This document shows positions 41,235 to 50,028 of a stretch of DNA of 64,000 bases, one piece after another. Source of the stretch: an uncultured Phycisphaerales bacterium (GTDB lineage: Bacteria; Planctomycetota; Phycisphaerae; Tepidisphaerales; Tepidisphaeraceae); contig CAVWVQ010000003.1 in NCBI GenBank assembly GCA_963758525.1, positions 224,001 through 288,000 of the forward strand, written 5' to 3'. Both the position numbers and the translations under genes were made by a program. The notes beneath the pieces are model-generated. The model saw nothing but the letters and a program-made list of their open reading frames with translations. It was not told where the DNA came from and did not search any database. Position 1 is the first letter of the stretch. Each line of letters opens with the position of its first letter.

Positions 41235-42368
41235 ATGCCAGTTTCATGCGATGGAATGCCGTCGATCCGGGTGGTGATCTGCTGGACGGACGTCAGCGGG
41301 TACATGGGCGCGTGCTGGCGGGAGCTGACGGCGCGCGCGGGAATCGATGTTTCCGTCATCGCGTTTACGCCGTCAGGCGGTGCGTCGCCAGCGCCGTTCG
41401 GCGCGGAAGTGATTAGCGGGGTGCGATGCCAGATGCTAAAGCCCCAGGAGCGGGACGAAGCGGATCGCGTTGCCGCGATGGTGATCGCGGAACGGCCTGA
41501 CGTCATCGTTCTGTGCGGCTGGGCGACCAAATCGTACGTGGCGCTGGCACAACATCCGGCCCTACAGCACTGCAAATTCATCCTCACGCTGGATACCCCA
41601 ATAAAGGAAAATCTTCGCCAGCGCGTCGGCAAGCAATGGATGCGCAGCTTTTTGCGGCGGATCGACGGGGCGATCGTCGCCGGCGAACGCAGCGCCGATC
41701 TGGCGGCGTATCTGGGAATTCCGCCTCGGCGGATCTGCAGGGGGATGTACGCGGTCGATGTGGACGCGATGGGAACGGCGGCGGAACTGCGCTCCGCGAA
41801 GGGCCAAGCGTGGCCCAGGCGATTTTTGTATGTCGGCCGCTACGCCCCGGAGAAGGGGATCGACACGTTGACCGCCGCTTATCGCAGCTATCGCAGCGCG
41901 GTGAGCGACCCGTGGACCCTCACTTGCTGCGGCAAGGGGGCTTTGCAGGTGTTGCTTCGCGACGCACCGGGGGTAAGCGATACGGGTTTCGTGCAACCTG
42001 GCGATCTGCCCCGCGTCATGGCGGAACACGGCGCGCTGATCCTTCCCAGTCGCTACGAACCGTGGGGCGCTGCCCTGGTCGAGGGGTGCGCGGCAGGTCT
42101 TCCGGTGATTGCCACCACCGCGTGCGGCGCAGCCCTCGACGTCGTGCGCGGGTTCCACAACGGACTGCTGATCAGTGATGGAGATGAAATCGGCCTGGCG
42201 CGGGCGATGCGGTGGATGCACGATCATCCCGATCGACTGGCCGAGATGGGAAGCCGCAGCCGGGAACTCGCGTCGGCGTTTTCCGCAGCGCGATGGGCCG
42301 ACCGCTGGCAGGATTTGATCGAGCAGCTTGTCGAAGTCCAAACGTCACCATCAAATTTGGTAGGATAG
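41235..42368 (+). CDS. Glycosyltransferase family 4
   Basis: FLYVGRYAPEKG; LPSRYEPWG.ALVEG..AGLPVI. Confidence 0.9.
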   Translation: MPVSCDGMPSIRVVICWTDVSGYMGACWRELTARAGIDVSVIAFTPSGGASPAPFGAEVISGVRCQMLKPQERDEADRVAAMVIAERPDVIVLCGWATKSYVALAQHPALQHCKFILTLDTPIKENLRQRVGKQWMRSFLRRIDGAIVAGERSADLAAYLGIPPRRICRGMYAVDVDAMGTAAELRSAKGQAWPRRFLYVGRYAPEKGIDTLTAAYRSYRSAVSDPWTLTCCGKGALQVLLRDAPGVSDTGFVQPGDLPRVMAEHGALILPSRYEPWGAALVEGCAAGLPVIATTACGAALDVVRGFHNGLLISDGDEIGLARAMRWMHDHPDRLAEMGSRSRELASAFSAARWADRWQDLIEQLVEVQTSPSNLVG

Positions 42369-42393
42369 TCCAGCGATTGGGAAGGAGAAGCCG

Positions 42394-42597
42394 TTGACTC
42401 GCGAAGAAGCACGATTGATCTGCCGGGAGAAACTGGGACTGCGCGTCGAGCCGGAGATGATCGATTACATTGTGAAACATACCGCTGCCCCCGACGCGCC
42501 GGCAGCGATTGCGGTAATTGGGGGCGATGCACGGACAGGGGTGCCCGCGCGGAAGGAATTTCCGGTAGCGATTGCAAGGAACGAGACGAAGCAATGA
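42394..42597 (+). CDS. Small hypothetical protein
   Basis: RBS AAGGAG, TTG start, ATGA overlap with the next gene. Confidence 0.6.
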   Translation: MTREEARLICREKLGLRVEPEMIDYIVKHTAAPDAPAAIAVIGGDARTGVPARKEFPVAIARNETKQ

Positions 42598-43595
42598 TTA
42601 TCACGAGACACGCACACGCCCGCGCCGGGCTGGTGGGAAATCCTTCCGATGGTTTTTTCGGAAAGACGATCTCCTTCATCATCCGCAATTTCCGCACAAC
42701 CGTGCAGCTGTGGGAAAGCCCGCACTTTGAGATCCTGCCAACGCACGGCGACCTTGCCCGCTTCGACAGCGTCGGCGCGTTTCTCAAGGACCAGCGCTTT
42801 CACGGATACTACGGCGGCATGCGCCTCATCAAGGCGGGGATCAAACGCTTCTTTGACTACTGCCGCGAGCACGGGATCGAGCTGAACGACCGGAGTTTCA
42901 CGGTTGGATATCAGAACAACATTCCCCGGCTGGTCGGGTTGTCGACCAACAGCGCGCTGGTGACGGCGCTCATCCGGGTGCTGATGGAGTTTTACGACGT
43001 TCGCATTCCGCAGCACGATCTGCCGACGTTGGCGCTGTCGGTGGAAAAGGAGGAACTGGGGCTGACGGCGGGGCTGATGGATCGGGTCATTCAGACGTAC
43101 GAGGGAATCGTTTATATGGATTTCGACCGGAAGGTGATGGAGCAGCGCGGGTATGGCCAATACGAGCCGCTGTCGCCGGAAAAGCTCCCGCCCTTGTATG
43201 TGGCGTATGACCCGGAGCGCGCGGTGGTCAGCGACGATGCCCACCGGCATCTGCAGTCGCTGTTCAGCCGCAATGATCCGGCGGTCGTCGGCGCAATGCG
43301 CAAACTCGGGGACCTGGCCGACCGCGGCAAGAGCGCGCTGATGGCCGGTGACTGGGGTACGCTCGGCAAGGTGATGAACGAAAACTTCGACGTCCGCCGG
43401 ACGTTCATGGCGATTCCGACGGAGAATCTGCGAATGGTCGAAGCCGCCCGCGCGACCGGAGCCAGCGCCAAGTTCGCCGGCAGCGGCGGCGCGATCTGCG
43501 GCCTCTACCAGGACGGCCGGCAGTACCAACAACTCTCAGACGCCATGGCCGCGCTGCGATGCGCAGTGATTCGGCCGATTATTTTTGAAGGGTGA
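42594..43595 (+). CDS. GHMP kinase, glucuronokinase-like
   Basis: ARAGLVGNPSDGFFGKTIS; IPRLVGLSTNSA; AGLMDRVIQ; KFAGSGGA. Confidence 0.8.
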   Translation: MIITRHAHARAGLVGNPSDGFFGKTISFIIRNFRTTVQLWESPHFEILPTHGDLARFDSVGAFLKDQRFHGYYGGMRLIKAGIKRFFDYCREHGIELNDRSFTVGYQNNIPRLVGLSTNSALVTALIRVLMEFYDVRIPQHDLPTLALSVEKEELGLTAGLMDRVIQTYEGIVYMDFDRKVMEQRGYGQYEPLSPEKLPPLYVAYDPERAVVSDDAHRHLQSLFSRNDPAVVGAMRKLGDLADRGKSALMAGDWGTLGKVMNENFDVRRTFMAIPTENLRMVEAARATGASAKFAGSGGAICGLYQDGRQYQQLSDAMAALRCAVIRPIIFEG

Positions 43596-43602
43596 GGGGA
43601 AA

Positions 43603-43720
43603 GGCACGAAGGCACGGAGGCACGGAGGCACGAAGGGTGAGGAAGGGGATTTTGTAAAGACCGTTCTGCCGCGCAGCGTCCTCCCCTTCGTGCCTTCGTG
43701 CCTTTTTGCCTTCGTGCCTT
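43603..43720. repeat. GGCACG(A/G)A octamer inverted-repeat element
   Basis: ggcacgaaggcacggaggcacggaggcacgaagg ... ccttcgtgccttcgtgcc..gccttcgtgcctt. Confidence 0.8.
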
Positions 43721-43806
43721 GGTCTTTGATCCCTTTGTCTTTCCCCCCTTCTTGCCCGCAATTGCTCCTTCCCGTATCATCATCCCCCTTTCCCTGGAGT
43801 TGACCT

Positions 43807-44862
43807 TTGATCATTGTGATGGTCCAGAGTGCGCCGCAGGCGTCAATCGATCGTGTTGTTGCCGAGATTGAGCGCATGGGCAGCCAGGCTCATCTGTCGC
43901 GCGGCAGTTATCGGACGGTGATCGGGGCGATCGGGGAAGAGGGAGCCGTCGATCAGAACCATCTGGCGTCGCTGGACGGCGTCGAAAAAGTCGTTCCGAT
44001 CATGAAGCCGTACAAACTCGCCAGCCGCGAGTTTCATGAAGAGGACAGCGTGGTCGAGGTTGGGGGCGGAAGCGTGCCGGTGGTGAAGATCGGCTCTTCC
44101 CATGCGGCGTGCATTGCCGGTCCATGCGCGGTCGAAAACGAGAAGATGCTCAACACGATCGCCCGCCACGTTCGCGACGGCGGCGCGACGATCCTGCGCG
44201 GCGGGGCGTTTAAGCCGCGCACCAGCCCTTACTCGTTTCAGGGGCATGGAGAAGAGGCGCTCAAGTGGATGCGCGCCTGCGGGGATGAACTGGGCATGCC
44301 GATCTGCACGGAAGTAATGGACACCCGGCAGGTTGAATTGATCGAGCGCTACACGGACATGTTTCAGATCGGCGCCCGCAACATGCAGAATTTCGATCTG
44401 CTTCGCGAAGTCGGTAAAACGCGCAAGGCGGTTCTGCTCAAGCGGGGCCTGGCCGCCAGCGTCAAAGACTGGCTGCTTTCCGCGGAGTATGTGCTGAGCC
44501 AGGGGAACCGCTCGCTGGTGCTCTGCGAGCGAGGGATCAAGACTTTTGAAGACAGCGTCCGCTATTCGATGGACATCAGCTCGATCCCGGTGGCGAAGCA
44601 GTGGTCGCACCTGCCGATGATCGTTGATCCGAGCCACGCGGCCGGAAAGCGCGATTACGTCGCAGCGCTCGCCCTGGCGGGGATGGCCGCCGGAGCGCAC
44701 GGAATTATCGTCGAGGTTCACTACTGCCCCAGCGAAGCGCAGTGCGACGGGCCGCAGGCGCTGCTGCCGGAAAACTTCAGGGAACTCATGCAGCAGCTTC
44801 GGCAGATCGCGGCGATCACCAAGAAGGAGTTTGCCGAGGCAGCCGAGCCGGTGCATGCGTAG
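43807..44862 (+). CDS. aroF: DAHP synthase (type I-beta, N-terminal ACT-like domain)
   Basis: IAGPCAVE, RGGAFKPRTSPYSFQG, QIGARNMQN, VDPSHA. Confidence 0.95.
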   Translation: MIIVMVQSAPQASIDRVVAEIERMGSQAHLSRGSYRTVIGAIGEEGAVDQNHLASLDGVEKVVPIMKPYKLASREFHEEDSVVEVGGGSVPVVKIGSSHAACIAGPCAVENEKMLNTIARHVRDGGATILRGGAFKPRTSPYSFQGHGEEALKWMRACGDELGMPICTEVMDTRQVELIERYTDMFQIGARNMQNFDLLREVGKTRKAVLLKRGLAASVKDWLLSAEYVLSQGNRSLVLCERGIKTFEDSVRYSMDISSIPVAKQWSHLPMIVDPSHAAGKRDYVAALALAGMAAGAHGIIVEVHYCPSEAQCDGPQALLPENFRELMQQLRQIAAITKKEFAEAAEPVHA

Positions 44863-44873
44863 AAAGAAGCACA

Positions 44874-45622
44874 ATGACCCAACGCACTCCCTTTATCGCC
44901 GGCAACTGGAAGATGAATACCACCAGGTCCTCGGCTATCGAATTGGCCAAGGGGATCGCGAAGGCGCTCCGGCCGGCGTTGAGGTCGGCGTCGCGCCGCC
45001 GTTTGTCTATCTCGACGCAGTCGCATCTGCAATCGCGGGATCGAGCGTGCTGCTCGGCGCACAGGACGCGTATTTTGAGAAAAGCGGAGCGTTTACGGGG
45101 GAGATTTCCGTCGACATGCTCAAGGATATTGGCGTGAAGTTCTGTCTGGCCGGGCACAGCGAACGGCGGCACGTGCTCAAGGAGCCGTCGGAGCTTGTGG
45201 CGAAGAAGGCCGACGCGATCTATGCCGGCGGATTGACGCTGGTGCATTGCGTCGGCGAGAAGCTGGAGGAGCGCGACGGCAATCAGACGCTTGAAGTGGT
45301 TTTCAATCAGTTGAAGGAACTGAACAGCAAGATGCACGATCCGGAGCGATTGGTGATTGCATATGAGCCGGTCTGGGCCATCGGCACCGGACGTAATGCG
45401 ACCGACGCCCAGGCGCAGGAAGTTCATGCGTTTATCCGCCAATCGCTGGCGGCGATGTGGAGCGCGGATTTTGCGGCGCGCGTGCGAATTCAATATGGCG
45501 GGAGCATGAAGCCGGAAAACGCCAAGGGACTGCTGGCCGAGGCGGACGTTGACGGGGGGTTGATCGGGGGCGCGTCGCTCAAAGCCGAAAGTTTCCTCGC
45601 CATCGTCAATGCCGCGACGTAG
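44874..45622 (+). CDS. tpiA: Triosephosphate isomerase (frameshift ~44970)
   Basis: IAGNWKMN, GHSERR, AYEPVWAIGTG, YGGSM, GGASL. Confidence 0.95.
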
Positions 45623-45645
45623 ACTGCACGGGATAGAGGTTTGTC

Positions 45646-45948
45646 ATGCTCAATTTCTTTTATTATCTGTCGATGGGATTCTTTGTCTTCATCTGCCTGT
45701 TCCTGATCCTTCTGGTTTTGATCCAGAAGGGCCGTGGCGGCGGTCTTTCCAGCGCCTTCGGCGGAGCCGGGGGAAGCACGGCGTTTGGCAGCAAGACCGG
45801 CGACGTGCTGACGTGGACCACCAGCGTCGTCTTTCTCATCTTCATCATCCTGGCGGTTGCACTGAATCTGCTCGCCGACGCGCATCAGAACCGGGCGAGT
45901 GCGGGCACGACAGTGATCACGATGCCGCCGCCGTCGGCGCCACGATAA
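45646..45948 (+). CDS. secG: Preprotein translocase subunit SecG
   Basis: VLIQKGRGGGLSSAFGG; follows tpiA. Confidence 0.95.
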   Translation: MLNFFYYLSMGFFVFICLFLILLVLIQKGRGGGLSSAFGGAGGSTAFGSKTGDVLTWTTSVVFLIFIILAVALNLLADAHQNRASAGTTVITMPPPSAPR

Positions 45949-45964
45949 CTGAACATGTGTGAAT

Positions 45965-45991
45965 CGCTGCCCTTTGGGCAGCCGCTAAACG
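45965..45991. repeat. Hairpin + GCTAAAC short repeat (also at 55449-55475, 58683-58709 and, degenerate, 7529-7553)
   Basis: cgctgccctttgggcagccgctaaacg; the 55449 copy has a compensatory stem change. Confidence 0.7.
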
Positions 45992-46031
45992 GTGTTGGGA
46001 AGCGCGACTCAGTGGGATCGGACAAGCCAGC

Positions 46032-46913
46032 ATGATCGTCAGCATGACCGGATTCGGCGATGCCGCCTCGGAACAAAATGGGACGCACTACGCCGTCGAA
46101 ATCCGGTCGCTGAACAATCGGTTCTTTAAACCGGTTATCAAGCTTCCGGACAACCTCTGCGGGATGGAGCCGGAACTTGAGTCGATGCTCCGCGAGAAGC
46201 TTGGGCGCGGGTCGATTACGTATATCCTGAAGATGCGGACGGACAGCGCGGAGGCGGCGTATCACATTAATATTGAAGCCCTCAAGTCCTACCTGGAGCA
46301 GTTGCAGCAGGTGAAGGGACTGGATCGATTCGTCCAGATTGATCTGGCGGGCCTCGTACAGCTTCCGGGCGTCTGCCAGGAGCCGCGCGACGAATCCGAC
46401 GAGATCGATAAGCACGGCTCCATCGTTCGCGATCTGACCGAAAAGGGCATCGCCCGGCTCGACACGATGCGCCGCCGCGAGGGCGAGAAGCTTTTCACGG
46501 AGCTGATGCGGCACATCAACGTGATCGCCAGCAGCCTGGCGGAGATTCAGAAGCGCGCTCCGCTGGTGGTGGACGACTATCACCGCCGGCTTTCGCAGCG
46601 TGTCAATCAACTGCTCGCCAAGGCCGAGTTGCAGGTCAACCAGGCGGATCTCGTGAAGGAAGTGGCGGTTTTCGCCGAGCGCGCCGACATCTGCGAGGAG
46701 ATTCAGCGGCTCACGAGTCATCTGGATGCATTCGAGCAATCCTGCAGAGAGGGCGAGCATGGCGGCCGAAAGCTCGATTTCATCGCCCAGGAAATGCTGC
46801 GCGAGGCCAACACGATCGCGAGCAAAGCCAACGACGCTGATATCGCCCGGCATTGCGTTGAAATCAAAGGCGCGATTGACCGATTGAAGGAGCAAGTGCA
46901 GAACGTGGAGTAG
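46032..46913 (+). CDS. yicC: YicC/YloC family endoribonuclease
   Basis: SMTGFG, EIRSLNNRF, GRKLDFIAQEMLREANTIASK, EQVQNVE. Confidence 0.93.
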   Translation: MIVSMTGFGDAASEQNGTHYAVEIRSLNNRFFKPVIKLPDNLCGMEPELESMLREKLGRGSITYILKMRTDSAEAAYHINIEALKSYLEQLQQVKGLDRFVQIDLAGLVQLPGVCQEPRDESDEIDKHGSIVRDLTEKGIARLDTMRRREGEKLFTELMRHINVIASSLAEIQKRAPLVVDDYHRRLSQRVNQLLAKAELQVNQADLVKEVAVFAERADICEEIQRLTSHLDAFEQSCREGEHGGRKLDFIAQEMLREANTIASKANDADIARHCVEIKGAIDRLKEQVQNVE

Positions 46914-46919
46914 GGTTCG

Positions 46920-46961
46920 TTTGAGATTTGAGATTTGAGATTTGAAATTTGAGATTTGACA
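46920..46961. repeat. TTTGAGA heptamer tandem repeat (6 units)
   Basis: tttgaga x3, tttgaaa, tttgaga, tttgaca; the last base is the A of the gmk ATG. Confidence 0.9.
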
Positions 46962-47551
46962 TGCCCTCCGCCGACTTCCATTCCGGGTTGCTCATCGTTC
47001 TTTGCGGCCCTTCGGGGGTTGGCAAGAGCACGATCGCCAACAGTCTGAAGGACCGGCAAAAGGTTTCCTACACCATCAGCGCCACCACGCGGGAGCACCG
47101 CGCGGGGGACGAAAAGGGAAAGACCTACGAGCACATCTCCACGCCGGATTTCTTCCGCCGCCTGGAGAATGATGCGTTTCTGGAATACGCGCAGGTGCAC
47201 GGCGCCTATTATGGAACTCCCAAACACCCCGCTCTGGATGAACTGGCGGCGGGCCGGGACGTGCTGCTGGAAATCGATGTGCAGGGCGCATTGCAGGTGC
47301 GCTTTCAGTATCCTAACGCGTTGCTGATATTCATCTTGCCGCCGGATGCCAGCACGCTCCTGCAGCGGCTGCGCGATCGCGCACGCGAGGGGGAAGACGA
47401 GATTCAGAAGCGGTATCGCGAGGCCAAGCGCGAGATTCACATGGCCAAAGGCGCACACGCGTTCGATTTTTTCGTTATTAACGACACGATCGACCGCGCC
47501 GTCGAGGAAATCGTTAAGATCATGCGGCACAAACGCTCTGGAGGCATCTAA
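46961..47551 (+). CDS. gmk: Guanylate kinase
   Basis: GPSGVGKST, SATTR, YYGTP, LEIDVQGA. Confidence 0.95.
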   Translation: MPSADFHSGLLIVLCGPSGVGKSTIANSLKDRQKVSYTISATTREHRAGDEKGKTYEHISTPDFFRRLENDAFLEYAQVHGAYYGTPKHPALDELAAGRDVLLEIDVQGALQVRFQYPNALLIFILPPDASTLLQRLRDRAREGEDEIQKRYREAKREIHMAKGAHAFDFFVINDTIDRAVEEIVKIMRHKRSGGI

Positions 47552-47555
47552 AACT

Positions 47556-47783
47556 ATGATCGAAGCTCTCAAAAGTGATGAAATCGTGAACAAGGTCGGC
47601 GGCCGATTCAAACTCACCGCCCTGATTCAGAAGCGCATGCTCGAACTGATCGACGGCGCCCGCCCGCTGGTCGAGCGCGGGAACATGACCGATCTGGAAA
47701 TCGTGATCCAGGAGATCCTGCAGGACAAGATCGCCATCGATTATGAGGCCAGCGGCATCGCACCGCCGATTCATGCCAAGTAG
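47556..47783 (+). CDS. rpoZ: RNA polymerase omega subunit
   Basis: KVGGRFKLTALIQKR; yicC-gmk-rpoZ-coa synteny. Confidence 0.9.
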   Translation: MIEALKSDEIVNKVGGRFKLTALIQKRMLELIDGARPLVERGNMTDLEIVIQEILQDKIAIDYEASGIAPPIHAK

Positions 47784-47796
47784 ATCGGACGCCCAA

Positions 47797-48456
47797 ATGT
47801 CACCCGTCCCGCAATCCCCGGGCACTGTGGCACAACCGCCTTCTGCCGTCATCCCCGATTCCCAGCCGAGGGCGGCTGCGCCGCATCCCCCCCTCAAGGG
47901 GCGGGAGATCGTCGTGGGCGTGTGCGGCGGCATTGCCGCGTACAAGATTGCCGACGTCGTCAGCAAGCTGGTGCAGGCCGGCGCAGGCGTGACCGTCTGC
48001 ATGACGCCCGAAGCAACGCGATTCGTAACTCCGCTCACCTTCGAGGCGCTGTGCGCCCGGCCGGTGCGGACCGAGATCTTCAACCTGGTCGAAAGCTCCG
48101 ATCCGCAGCACATCGCGCTCACGGAGCGCGCGGATCTGATGCTCGTCGCCCCGGCCACGAGCAACATTATCGCCAAAGTCGCCCACGGACTCTGCGACGA
48201 CCTCGTGAGCCTGATGGTCGCTGCCGCCGTCTGCCCGGTGGTGTTCGCGCCCGCGATGAACAACCGCATGTGGGAGAACCCCATCGCGAAAGAAAACGTC
48301 GCCAAGCTCGAAAGGCTCGGGTACCGCTTCGTCGGCCCTGATGCCGGCTGGCTCGCCTGCCGGAACATCGGCCCCGGACGGCTCGCCGAGCCGCAGGCGA
48401 TCGTGGATGTTGTGCTTTCCCTGCTCTCCCCCGCCGTCAGCACCTCACGCGCATGA
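47797..48456 (+). CDS. coaC: Phosphopantothenoylcysteine decarboxylase (stand-alone CoaC flavoprotein)
   Basis: GVCGGIAAYK, VAPATSN, APAMN..MW, LAC...G.GRL; no CoaB domain. Confidence 0.85.
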   Translation: MSPVPQSPGTVAQPPSAVIPDSQPRAAAPHPPLKGREIVVGVCGGIAAYKIADVVSKLVQAGAGVTVCMTPEATRFVTPLTFEALCARPVRTEIFNLVESSDPQHIALTERADLMLVAPATSNIIAKVAHGLCDDLVSLMVAAAVCPVVFAPAMNNRMWENPIAKENVAKLERLGYRFVGPDAGWLACRNIGPGRLAEPQAIVDVVLSLLSPAVSTSRA

Positions 48457-48620
48457 AGCGATGTTACTCTCCCGAATACCGGGAGAGGAGGCCAGAGCCC
48501 ATCGCAACCGCGCTGCGACTGACGCCGCCGCGATGGACATTCGCCACGCAACACGCCGCTTGATCGGGAACACTGAGCCATTATCATCCGATCCGGCGGT
48601 CACCTAAACCAAAGAGGAAC

Positions 48621-49835
48621 ATGAGCAATCAAAGCAAAAAAGGCGCAGCCGTTATCGGCCAATCCGGCGGTCCGACTTCCGTGATCAATCAGTCGCTGGT
48701 CGGAGCGGTTCTCGAACTGAAGAAGACCGGTCTGGTCGACGAGATCCTCGGCGCCCGGCATGGCGTGCGCGGAATTGTCAACGACCAATTCATCAAGCTC
48801 AACGACACGCCAACCGAGTTACTCGAACGCATTGCGCTCACTCCCGCCGCCGCGCTCGGCTCAACGCGCGACAAGCCGGACCAGGCGTATTGCGAGAAGA
48901 TCTTCCAGTCATTCGCGCGGCACGACGTGCGCTACTTTTTCTACATCGGCGGCAACGACTCAGCCGACACCGCGCGCATCGTCAGCGAACTGGCCGCCAA
49001 GTCCGGCCATGCGCTCAAGACATTTCACATTCCCAAGACCATCGACAACGATCTGCGCGTTCACGACCACACGCCGGGCTTCGGCTCGGCCGCGCGGTTC
49101 GTGGCCTGCGCGATGATGGGGGACAACTACGACAATCGCTCGCTTCCGGGGATCAAGGTTGACATCATCATGGGGCGCAACGCCGGATTTCTCACTGCCG
49201 CCTCGGTGTTCGCACGCCAGCATCCGGAGGACGGCCCGCATCTGATTTATGTGCCGGAAGTTCCGGTGAGCGAGGAGAAGTTCCTCGGCGACGTCGACCG
49301 CGTCTACAAGAAGCACGGTCGATGCCTCATTGCAATGAGCGAAGGCGTCGGCCGGCCCGACGGAAAAATCTGGGCCGAGGCAATCGTCAGCGAGTCGCTG
49401 GAGCGCGACACACACGGCAACGTGCAGCTTTCCGGGAGCGGCGCTCTGGGCGATTATTTCGCCTCGCTGATCAAGGAAAAACTCGGCAAGAAGCTACGCG
49501 TGCGAGCCGACACGTTTGGCTATCTGCAACGCAGCTTTGCCGGTTGCGTGAGCGAAGTCGATGCGCGCGAAGCGCGACTCGTCGGACAGATGGCCGTGAA
49601 ATATGCCGCCGAAGGGAAGGACAACGGCAGCGTCGCCATGCGGCGCACCGGCGGGTCGTCCTATGGAATTGAAACCTTCGTCACGCCGCTGAACACCGTC
49701 GCGAAGGAGACCAAGCATCTCGATGCAAGCTGGGTTTCCGACGGCAACAACATCACCGCCGCGTTTGAGGCGTATGCGCGTCCGCTGATCGGCACGCTGC
49801 CGGTCGTGGGAACGTTTGATGAACTCAAGAAATGA
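48621..49835 (+). CDS. pfkA: 6-phosphofructokinase (probably PPi-dependent type)
   Basis: QSGGPT, IGGNDS, PKTIDNDL, MGRNAG, GYLQR. Confidence 0.9.
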   Translation: MSNQSKKGAAVIGQSGGPTSVINQSLVGAVLELKKTGLVDEILGARHGVRGIVNDQFIKLNDTPTELLERIALTPAAALGSTRDKPDQAYCEKIFQSFARHDVRYFFYIGGNDSADTARIVSELAAKSGHALKTFHIPKTIDNDLRVHDHTPGFGSAARFVACAMMGDNYDNRSLPGIKVDIIMGRNAGFLTAASVFARQHPEDGPHLIYVPEVPVSEEKFLGDVDRVYKKHGRCLIAMSEGVGRPDGKIWAEAIVSESLERDTHGNVQLSGSGALGDYFASLIKEKLGKKLRVRADTFGYLQRSFAGCVSEVDAREARLVGQMAVKYAAEGKDNGSVAMRRTGGSSYGIETFVTPLNTVAKETKHLDASWVSDGNNITAAFEAYARPLIGTLPVVGTFDELKK

Positions 49836-49840
49836 TTCCG

Positions 49841-50011
49841 CGTGGCATGGGCGTCCCGCCCATGTAGGGTGCATCAGGAGTAGAGAAATTAATTTGCCGC
49901 TAACGTCTCCCGCGTTCAATGCAAAGCACGCGGGAATGAGGAATTGATCTCGGCAAAATCAGGATTTGTTTTACCGCCGCGCAACCGGCACGGGTTGGAA
50001 ACCCGTGGTAC
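49841..50011. repeat. REP doublet with non-identical arms between convergent pfkA and pyrC
   Basis: gtggcatgggcgtcccgcccatg ... cacgggttggaaacccgtggtac. Confidence 0.7.
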
Positions 50012-50028
50012 GTGGGCCACGGGAGCGC

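Noticed and set aside
44960..44980. Programmed frameshifting in tpiA and other housekeeping genes
   Set aside because: There is no shared slippery motif, and sequencing indels are the simpler explanation.
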